Shown piece after piece: positions 46,102 through 53,412 of a stretch of 64,000 bases of DNA (positions are counted from its first letter, which is position 1; each line of letters starts with the position of its first letter). The stretch comes from an uncultured Clostridia bacterium (lineage in GTDB: Bacteria; Bacillota; Clostridia; Christensenellales; Borkfalkiaceae), in the NCBI GenBank assembly GCA_904502225.1, contig CAJGDO010000002.1, positions 1,425-65,424 on the forward strand, in the 5' to 3' direction. The translations under genes and the position numbers were made by a program. The notes under the pieces are model-generated. The model saw only the letters and a list, made by a program, of their open reading frames with translations. It was not told the DNA's origin and did no database searches.

Positions 46102-46439
46102 TGATTGGCATAGATATTGTTGAAGTAAAAAGAGTTGAAAAACTTATAGAAAACCAAGAAAACGCGAAGAAGTTGTTTTTTAGCGAAGAACTTTCGTATG
46201 CTTACGCTAACCACTCCCCTGCAATGCATTTGGCGGGTTGCTTTTGTGTTAAAGAAAGCGTTGTTAAGGCTCTTGGCGGTGGCTTTATTCGTGAAGTTAA
46301 GGTTTTGCATTATGAAAACGGAAAACCTTACGTGGAACTCTTTGGCAAAACCAAAGAACTTTTGGGCGATAAAAAAATTGACGTTTCAATTTCACACACA
46401 ACTGAACTTGCAACGGCAGTTTGCTTGGTGAAAGAATAA
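46101..46439 (+). CDS. acpS: Holo-[acyl-carrier-protein] synthase
   Basis: The product begins MIGIDIVEVKRV and ends ...VSISHTTELATAV. Its start overlaps the gltX stop (TAATG). Confidence 0.9.
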   Translation: MIGIDIVEVKRVEKLIENQENAKKLFFSEELSYAYANHSPAMHLAGCFCVKESVVKALGGGFIREVKVLHYENGKPYVELFGKTKELLGDKKIDVSISHTTELATAVCLVKE

Positions 46440-46489
46440 TAAACGAACAAAAAATGCCAAACGAACTGTTAAAAAAGGCTAAATAAATT

Positions 46490-46524
46490 TAAAAACGCAC
46501 GCTTGATTAAGCGTGCGTTTATTT
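46490..46524. terminator. Bidirectional terminator between acpS and yyaC
   Basis: The 11-bp stem AACGCACGCTT/AAGCGTGCGTT is flanked by A and T runs. Confidence 0.75.
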
Positions 46525-46531
46525 GCTTTTA

Positions 46532-47113
46532 TTATGCCCCAAACGAATTGATTGAAAAATTATTTTTGTTATTAAGATAGCAAACGTATTTTTCTATTCC
46601 GTTTGCAATAGTTTCAGCCATTTTATATATTAAGTTAAGCCTTGTCAAATTGAAAAGATTATAATTTTTATTTGACCTTGATGCAACAACGCCAATTATA
46701 CTGATATCACCAACCGTTCCTAAATTCTTATCTACGCCAAGCCCAGGCTTTAATCCCCTATCAAACACACGAACAAGCCCCACGTCATCACTGTTGCCTA
46801 TTGCTGCATCAATGGCAATTGAAATCGAGTTCGGATGCATTTGTTTTAGATAAGTTCTTGCATATTCAATTTCTTTTGCCGTTATAGGAAAGTTTAACGT
46901 TCCATAAACGTATGAGCCAATATTCTTATTTTTCAAAAACGTTCCAACCAAAGGCCCTAAACTATCCCCCAACACTAAATCACTTCCAATGCAAATGAAA
47001 AAAGGTTTTTTATTTTTAACGTTGCAATCGATTAAGCCTTGATATATCCCCATTGAAGAATGGTCGTTAAAAGTGCTAAACGAAAATTCCTTGCCTGCCA
47101 TATAATTTCTCAC
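46532..47113 (-). CDS. yyaC: Spore protease YyaC (DUF1256)
   Basis: It has the motif CIGSDLVLGDSLGPLVGTFL. yyaC lies near parB in Bacillus too. The start is uncertain: GTG at 47113 or ATG at 47101. Confidence 0.85.
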   Translation of the reverse strand: MRNYMAGKEFSFSTFNDHSSMGIYQGLIDCNVKNKKPFFICIGSDLVLGDSLGPLVGTFLKNKNIGSYVYGTLNFPITAKEIEYARTYLKQMHPNSISIAIDAAIGNSDDVGLVRVFDRGLKPGLGVDKNLGTVGDISIIGVVASRSNKNYNLFNLTRLNLIYKMAETIANGIEKYVCYLNNKNNFSINSFGA

Positions 47114-47232
47114 TTAAAAATTTTATTAAAGTAAATATTGCCAAAAAAGTAAAATATATACAAAATTTTTATTTTTTATAGTAAAAAACAAAAAAATGTG
47201 TTATAATAAAGAAAATATTTACAAGGTGCATT

Positions 47233-47982
47233 ATGACAAACATTCTTTCTTCAAGTCTTTGCGCCACCATAGATATTATAGCGCTAATTTTTATTTTAGT
47301 GTTTGCACTGCACGGTGCAATAAAAGGTTTCACAAAAACGTTCTTTTCTTTGTTTGGAACTTTCATTGGGCTTCTTTTGGCAGTTTTGCTTGCCCCATCG
47401 GTTGTTAAGTTTATGCAAAGCAAACACGGGCTAATCAGCAGTTTTGCAAACGAACTAGATGGAGTTGTGACAAACCTGTTTGGAAAAAACGTTCTATCAA
47501 TTAAGATTAGCGATGCAAACAAAGCCACGTTGACTTCGGCAGGGCTAGGCGGATATATCGCAAGCATTATCCTTTCGCTCAAAACTGGCTCCTACTCCCC
47601 TGATGCAACAGTTGGCGATGCGTTATGCCCAACATTTGCATACTATATTGTGTTAATCTTGTCTGTGGTTGTGCTGTTTATATTATTTAAATTAATATTT
47701 GCGGTATTATGCTCATTGGTTAAAGATGCGTATAAAAACAAAAAAGTTGAGAAATTTGACAAGACGCTAGGCTTTTTTCTAGGGATTGTTCACGGAATTA
47801 TCATTTTTGAACTCGTTATTATGATTATAAGTATTATTCCACTTAACTTTTTCCAAAACATTTATGCAAATATCCAAATATCGACTATTGCTAAATTTAT
47901 TGCCGATATCAACATGTTTAACCTTATTATCACCGCAATCAGTCAAAACAACGTTATAAACATAATAATATCAACAATTTAG
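47233..47982 (+). CDS. CvpA-family integral membrane protein
   Basis: It has the motif IDIIALIFILVFALHGAIKGFTKTFFSLFGTFIGLLLAVLLAP and multiple TM segments. The overlapping minus-strand ORF 47169..47582 is rejected. Confidence 0.6.
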   Translation: MTNILSSSLCATIDIIALIFILVFALHGAIKGFTKTFFSLFGTFIGLLLAVLLAPSVVKFMQSKHGLISSFANELDGVVTNLFGKNVLSIKISDANKATLTSAGLGGYIASIILSLKTGSYSPDATVGDALCPTFAYYIVLILSVVVLFILFKLIFAVLCSLVKDAYKNKKVEKFDKTLGFFLGIVHGIIIFELVIMIISIIPLNFFQNIYANIQISTIAKFIADINMFNLIITAISQNNVINIIISTI

Positions 47983-48015
47983 TATAAAAAACAATAAAAA
48001 ATTAAAAAAAACTAT

Positions 48016-48060
48016 AAAACGTCTGCAAAAGGAATAAATTTTTGCAGACGTTTTTTATTT
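48016..48060 (+). terminator. Terminator after the CvpA-family gene
   Basis: The 11-bp stem ACGTCTGCAAA/TTTGCAGACGT is followed by TTTTTTATTTTTTT. Confidence 0.8.
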
Positions 48061-48229
48061 TTTTAGGTTAAAAATTATAAAAAATGCTTTAAATAACCTT
48101 CAAAACAACCTAAAAAACAATAAAAACGTTGAATAAATGGATAAAAAGCCCCTAAAACAAGCAAAACTAACCTATTTTTATAAATATATACACATATTAA
48201 AATACCCCCATTTATTTTTACCCCATTTT

Positions 48230-48245
48230 TGTTTCACGTGAAACA
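48230..48245. promoter_or_regulatory. parS: parS centromere site (TGTTTCACGTGAAACA)
   Basis: This perfect 16-bp palindrome matches the Firmicutes parS consensus TGTTNCACGTGAAACA. It lies 2.9 kb upstream of parA-parB. Confidence 0.9.
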
Positions 48246-48269
48246 CCTATTTTTTTATATTTTTTAAAT

Positions 48270-48285
48270 TGTTCCACGTGAAACA
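48270..48285. promoter_or_regulatory. parS: parS centromere site (TGTTCCACGTGAAACA)
   Basis: It is identical to the B. subtilis-type parS consensus and lies 24 nt from the first site. Confidence 0.9.
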
Positions 48286-48771
48286 GCAAAATCAAAAAAG
48301 CCAACGTGTTTTATAAAATTTATTTTTGGGCTCGCTCTGTTTTTGCTAAAAACAACCCTTGTGAGACAAAATGGCAAAAATTTTTCCCACCTAAAAAATT
48401 AAACCATTCTGTCTCACAGCGTTAAAATGACATTTTTTAAAGCACAAAATTGCCCGCAAATTTCCCATTTTTTTATAATTTAGCTTTTGTTATAGATTTT
48501 GTGAGCGATGTTTATGGCAAAAACTTTTGCTAAAACGATGGTGTAGGGCGGTGGCAAATTGGTTTTTCTTAATTTTTATTTTTAAGTTTATCTTAAATAG
48601 TTTTTTTGCGTATAGTAAAACTTAACAATTTTTTTAAAATTTTGTTTTATAAAACATTATAGGTGCAAAATATTTTATCAATTTTATAGCGTTTTGCACC
48701 ATAGTAAAATGCGTAGCGCCATATATAAAATCTTTGCTTTTTCAAACCAGAGTAAAATTTTGGAAAAAGTA

Positions 48772-48800
48772 TTGTATTTTTTTAACTTATATTGTATAAT
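48772..48800 (+). promoter_or_regulatory. Extended -10 promoter upstream of ftsH
   Basis: TTGTAT, a 17-nt spacer that includes TG, then TATAAT (TGTATAAT). It would give a leader of about 140 nt. Confidence 0.5.
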
Positions 48801-48942
48801 ATAAATAATAAACATTAGAAATTCCCTTGCGAATTTAACGATTTTCTCAAAAATGCTCGCTTAACTTAAGGTTTAATTAAGGGTGAGTTAATATTATGTG
48901 TGTATAATTCGCAATGAACGATTTTATAAAGGAGAAATTATT

Positions 48943-51090
48943 TTGGGCAAAAAGAAAGGAAAAGGGATATGGATTATCCTTGGCATTATAGTGGCAGTTA
49001 TAGCGATTTTCTCGTTTACCTCTTGCTTAATGGGTAGAACAGAAGTGAATACTTCTGAATTGCATTCTATATTGGAAGTAATGGCGGAAGATAATGGTGA
49101 AACCACCAAGAAGATATTAAGTGTAGACGAATTAGATAAGGCCAATGCTAAACAAATCAAGCAAGAAATCATCGGCAGTGGCTTTAGCAAGAGCGAGGGC
49201 ATTAAGATTACAAACGTTTTGTTTGATGGATACGTTGTCGAATTTGATTTAGTAAGCGTAAAAACGGGCGAAGTTTTGACCTTTACGACCAATTATTCAA
49301 GGGCTGATAGCGAGGTTGAAAAACTAACCGAACTAATGAGTGGTTTGGGCATAAGCTATTCTTACACCGACCCTAACGCTGGCTCAATTTGGTCATCATT
49401 GTTGCCGCTTGGCGGAACGATTTTGATAGCAATTGTGTTCTTTATTCTTATGATGCAAACTCAAGGTGGAACAAAGAGTGCAATGAACTTTGCAAAAACC
49501 AATGCAAGAGTGAACCAAAACTTAAAAGTAAGGTTTACCGACGTTGCAGGTGCAGAGGAAGAAAAGGAAGAGTTGGCGGAAGTTGTTGACTTCTTGAAAA
49601 ACCCTAAAAAATTCTCTGACCTTGGTGCAAGAATACCAAAAGGCGTGTTGCTTGTAGGCCCTCCGGGCACGGGTAAAACCTTGTTTGCAAAAGCCGTTGC
49701 GGGCGAAGCGGGTGTACCGTTCTTTTCAATAAGCGGTTCAGACTTTGTAGAAATGTTTGTCGGCGTTGGTGCATCAAGGGTAAGAGATTTATTCGACATG
49801 GCAAAAAAGAGTATGCCATGCATAGTGTTTATTGACGAAATTGACGCAGTCGGCCGTCAAAGAGGCACAGGTATGGGCGGTGGCCACGATGAAAGAGAGC
49901 AAACGCTTAACCAACTTCTCGTTCAAATGGACGGTTTTGAAACCAACGACGGCATAATCGTTATGGCGGCAACCAACAGAGCGGACATATTAGACCCAGC
50001 ATTGTTGCGTCCAGGCAGATTTGACAGGCAAATTTACGTAAACGTGCCAGACGTTAGGGGTAGAGAAGCGATTTTGAAAGTCCATGCAAGAAACAAACCG
50101 CTTGCAAGCGAAGTAAGTTTCAAAACGGTTGCAAGAATGACCAGTGGTTTTTCGGGTGCAGACCTTGAAAACTTGCTAAACGAAGCAGCGATTTTGGCAG
50201 CGAGAGCAAACAGAAAATTCATTACTAACAAAGACCTTTACGAAGGCATAAACAAAGTATTGATGGGCCCACAAAAGAAGAGCAGGCTTGTGACCGAAAC
50301 GGATAAACGTATAACGGCATACCACGAATCAGGCCACGCAGTACTAGCACGATTGTTGCCAAACTGCGACCCTGTGCATGAAGTTTCGATAATTCCAAGA
50401 GGTCAAGCGGCGGGCTATACAATGACAAGACCTGATAGCGACGACAACCACTTAACCAAGGCAAAATTGTTAGACGATATAGTTATGACTCTTGGCGGAA
50501 GGGTTGCCGAAGAACTTATTATAAAAGACATATCGGCGGGGGCATCGGGCGACATACAAGCGGTGACCAAGCGAGCAAGGTTGATGGTGACCGAGTGGGG
50601 TATGAGCGACAAGGTAGGCCCAATCTCATACGGTTCGGATAAAGAAGTGTTTATCGGCAGAGATATGGCATCGCACGTAAATTACAGCGAGCAAACTGCA
50701 GGTATTATCGACGAAGAAATAAGAAAGATAATCGACGGAGGCTTAAAGAAAGCCCGTGATTTATTGTCAAAGAACAAGACCTTGCTTGACAACATGGCAA
50801 GATTGTTGGTGGAAAGAGAAACTATTTTCAGCGAAGAAGTCGATATGCTTATGGAAGGAAAGAGCGTGGAAGAAATCATGGCGTTTATGGACGAAAACGA
50901 AAGGACGCTTAACCAAAACCCGTTCGATAGAAAATCGGTTATAATCAGCGAAAAAGAGGCTAAAGCCAAAAAGGCAAAAACCAAACCCGCCGAAAAAACA
51001 GCGGAAAAAGAAACAGCCGAAAAGACCGACGAAACAACGGCCGACCAAAACGAAGACAAGGGCGAAAATGACACAAACGCCCAACAATAA
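48943..51090 (+). CDS. ftsH: ATP-dependent zinc metalloprotease FtsH
   Basis: It has Walker A (GPPGTGKT), the SRH and the HEXXH motif (HESGHAV). I prefer the TTG at 48943, which lies 8 nt after an AAAGGAG RBS. The ORF track uses a GTG at 48898 with no RBS. Confidence 0.95.
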   Translation: MGKKKGKGIWIILGIIVAVIAIFSFTSCLMGRTEVNTSELHSILEVMAEDNGETTKKILSVDELDKANAKQIKQEIIGSGFSKSEGIKITNVLFDGYVVEFDLVSVKTGEVLTFTTNYSRADSEVEKLTELMSGLGISYSYTDPNAGSIWSSLLPLGGTILIAIVFFILMMQTQGGTKSAMNFAKTNARVNQNLKVRFTDVAGAEEEKEELAEVVDFLKNPKKFSDLGARIPKGVLLVGPPGTGKTLFAKAVAGEAGVPFFSISGSDFVEMFVGVGASRVRDLFDMAKKSMPCIVFIDEIDAVGRQRGTGMGGGHDEREQTLNQLLVQMDGFETNDGIIVMAATNRADILDPALLRPGRFDRQIYVNVPDVRGREAILKVHARNKPLASEVSFKTVARMTSGFSGADLENLLNEAAILAARANRKFITNKDLYEGINKVLMGPQKKSRLVTETDKRITAYHESGHAVLARLLPNCDPVHEVSIIPRGQAAGYTMTRPDSDDNHLTKAKLLDDIVMTLGGRVAEELIIKDISAGASGDIQAVTKRARLMVTEWGMSDKVGPISYGSDKEVFIGRDMASHVNYSEQTAGIIDEEIRKIIDGGLKKARDLLSKNKTLLDNMARLLVERETIFSEEVDMLMEGKSVEEIMAFMDENERTLNQNPFDRKSVIISEKEAKAKKAKTKPAEKTAEKETAEKTDETTADQNEDKGENDTNAQQ

Positions 51091-51148
51091 ACTTAAAACC
51101 AACAACTGAAAACCCCAAAAAGCGAAAAACAGCAAAGGAGAGCAAACG

Positions 51149-51931
51149 ATGGGAAAAATAATAGCTTTTTCGAACCAGAAAGGTGGCGTAGGCAAAACGA
51201 CAACGTGCGTGAACATGTCAGCATACTTGGCCCATAAGGGCTACAAATGCTTAATAGTGGACCTTGATGCCCAAGGCAACGCAACGAGCGGATTAGGCTT
51301 TGCAAAAAGCGACGTAAAAGCGTCGGTATATAACGTAATGATAGACGAAATGCCGATAGAACAAGCGGTGCTAAAAACGGACGTGGAAGGCTTGGACATT
51401 TTGCCATCGAACATAGACCTTGCTGGGGCAGAAGTTGAATTGGTGTATATCAAGGAACGAGAAAAGGTTTTAAGAAAAGTCCTAGAGAAAGCCAAAGAAA
51501 GTTATGATTATATTACGATAGACTGTCCGCCATCGTTGGGGTTATTGACGATAAACGCCCTAGCGGCGAGCGACACGGTTATGATACCGATACAAAGCGA
51601 GTATTACGCATTGGAAGGCTTATCTCAACTAATGAACACAATAAAACTCGTAGTAAAGCACCTTAACCCAGCGTTAAAAATCGAAGGCGTTGTGCTAACG
51701 ATGAACGACAACAGAGCAATCATCTCAAGGCAAATCAGCCAAGAAATCCGCAAATACTTTGGCAAACGAGTGTTTGACACCGTTATACCAAGGAACATAA
51801 GGCTAGCCGAAGCCCCAAGCCACGGCAAGCCAATAATGTTGCACGATACCAGATGCTCTGGAGCGAAAGCATACCTAGCGTTGACCGAAGAATATTTGGA
51901 AAGACAACCAACCAAGAAAACCAAAGAATAA
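51149..51931 (+). CDS. soj: Chromosome partitioning ATPase ParA/Soj
   Basis: It has the deviant Walker A (NQKGGVGKTTT) and a typical length of 260 aa. Confidence 0.95.
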   Translation: MGKIIAFSNQKGGVGKTTTCVNMSAYLAHKGYKCLIVDLDAQGNATSGLGFAKSDVKASVYNVMIDEMPIEQAVLKTDVEGLDILPSNIDLAGAEVELVYIKEREKVLRKVLEKAKESYDYITIDCPPSLGLLTINALAASDTVMIPIQSEYYALEGLSQLMNTIKLVVKHLNPALKIEGVVLTMNDNRAIISRQISQEIRKYFGKRVFDTVIPRNIRLAEAPSHGKPIMLHDTRCSGAKAYLALTEEYLERQPTKKTKE

Positions 51932-51943
51932 AGGGGATAAAAA

Positions 51944-52849
51944 ATGAAAGCCAAAGGATTAGGAAAAGGCCTATCAGCACTATTTTCAGAAACAGAAGAA
52001 GATTACGGCAAGAGCCTGTTGTTTGAGGAAGAAGAAAGCGACAAAACGGGCGAAACGGTAAAACAAATAGAAATTAGTTCAATCTTTGCAAACCCAAACC
52101 AGCCACGAAAAGTGTTTGACCAAACGGCGTTGCAAGAACTAGCCGACTCTATCTCAAAGCACGGCGTAATCATGCCAATCATCGTCAACAAGAGTGGCGA
52201 CAGGTATATGATAATCGCAGGCGAAAGGCGATTTAGGGCGAGTAAACTAGCAGGACTTTCGACCGTTCCGGTAATCGTAAAGAACTATACCGAAAGGCAA
52301 ATCAAAGAAATCTCGCTTATCGAGAACTTGCAAAGGGAAGACTTAAACCCAATCGAAGCGGCAACTGCAATGCGTTCGCTAATGGACGATTACGGAATGA
52401 CACAGGAAGACTTGGCTGACAGAATAGGCAAGTCAAGACCAGCCATTGCCAACACTTTGAGATTGTTGAATTTGGCCCCAGAAGTAATAAAAATGGTTGC
52501 AAACGGCACGCTATCTGCTGGGCACGCAAGGGCGATTCTATCTTTGCCACAAACCGACCAGAAAAAGTATGCCGAACAGTCTATAAAGGAAGGCTTGTCG
52601 GTTAGAGAAATCGAAAAGAAAGTCAAGGAATTCTTTGAGCCTGAAGAAGTTAAAGCCAAAAAGAAAATCAGGCAAGAACTTTCGGCTGAACTAAAAGAAC
52701 TTGTAAGCGAAATGCAAAGGGTTTTAGGCACCAAAGTCAACGCTATCGGCAACGATAAAAAGGGCAGAATTTATATCGATTATTACACCAGAGACGACCT
52801 TGATAGAATAAGCGAAATAATAGAAAAAGCCAAAACCGACAAAAAATAA
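51944..52849 (+). CDS. spo0J: Chromosome partitioning protein ParB/Spo0J
   Basis: It has ParB box motifs (NPNQPRK and IIAGERRFRA) and an HTH (TQEDLADRIGKSRPAIANTLRLL). Confidence 0.95.
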   Translation: MKAKGLGKGLSALFSETEEDYGKSLLFEEEESDKTGETVKQIEISSIFANPNQPRKVFDQTALQELADSISKHGVIMPIIVNKSGDRYMIIAGERRFRASKLAGLSTVPVIVKNYTERQIKEISLIENLQREDLNPIEAATAMRSLMDDYGMTQEDLADRIGKSRPAIANTLRLLNLAPEVIKMVANGTLSAGHARAILSLPQTDQKKYAEQSIKEGLSVREIEKKVKEFFEPEEVKAKKKIRQELSAELKELVSEMQRVLGTKVNAIGNDKKGRIYIDYYTRDDLDRISEIIEKAKTDKK

Positions 52850-52900
52850 AAGCATTTAGTCGCCAACAAAAAACATAAAAACAAACAAAACAACCCAAAG

Positions 52901-52947
52901 AAAAAAGCGTTTTTGTAACAAAGCAAAAACGCTTTTTTTTGTTTTTT
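52901..52947 (+). terminator. Terminator after parB
   Basis: The stem GCGTTTTTG/CAAAAACGC is followed by a T8 run. Confidence 0.75.
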
Positions 52948-53039
52948 TAGAAAAAAATAAAAAATTTTTCCAAAAACCGCCATTTTAGACAAAAAACAAT
53001 CAAAATTTGCAAAAAAACCATAAAAACTTTAAAAAAGTG

Positions 53040-53068
53040 TTGACAAAAACAGTCATAAAGTATATAAT
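53040..53068 (+). promoter_or_regulatory. Consensus SigA promoter for the micro-ORF and 989-aa protein operon
   Basis: TTGACA, exactly 17 nt, then TATAAT. It would give a leader of about 185 nt before the micro-ORF. Confidence 0.65.
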
Positions 53069-53252
53069 TACTTTGTAAAGTTATAGTATGAATGGAAAAG
53101 TGCCCTATTTTAAAGAAAAAGCACTGCCAATTATTACTATATTAGGAAAAACTTGTGCCTTAATATAAACATAATATATTATGGGGATATACGGTGGGAA
53201 ATAAGGCACGCAAATGTAAAAACAGTTGAATTAGTAAGGAGGACTTTTTTTA

Positions 53253-53381
53253 ATGAAGAAAAAGTATGTAGAACCAACAGTTTTACTAGTAGACTATGTC
53301 GTTGAAGACGTAATGATGGCGTCTTTCAACTCAAACAACTCAATTCATTTCCCTACAGATAAGTGGGGCGGATTGATTTAA
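53253..53381 (+). CDS. Candidate 42-codon micro-ORF (MKKKYVEPTVLLVDYVVEDVMMASFNSNNSIHFPTDKWGGLI)
   Basis: The ATG lies about 8 nt after a strong RBS (TAAGGAGGA). It is 31 nt upstream of the 989-aa gene and downstream of a consensus promoter. It is below the ORF-track size cutoff. Coding status is unproven. Confidence 0.4.
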   Translation: MKKKYVEPTVLLVDYVVEDVMMASFNSNNSIHFPTDKWGGLI

Positions 53382-53412
53382 GAGACTGTGACAGGTAAAG
53401 GAGATTAGAGAA

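Noticed and set aside
50682-51407. Cluster of minus-strand ORFs over the ftsH 3' end and the parA 5' end
   Set aside because: They overlap strongly supported + strand genes. They arise from the purine-rich Lys/Glu-coding tail of ftsH.
53069-53252. A known riboswitch class in the long leader of the 989-aa protein operon
   Set aside because: I could not match the two hairpins to c-di-GMP, ZTP, preQ1, SAM, TPP or T-box consensus features by eye. It is kept only as an unclassified structured leader.
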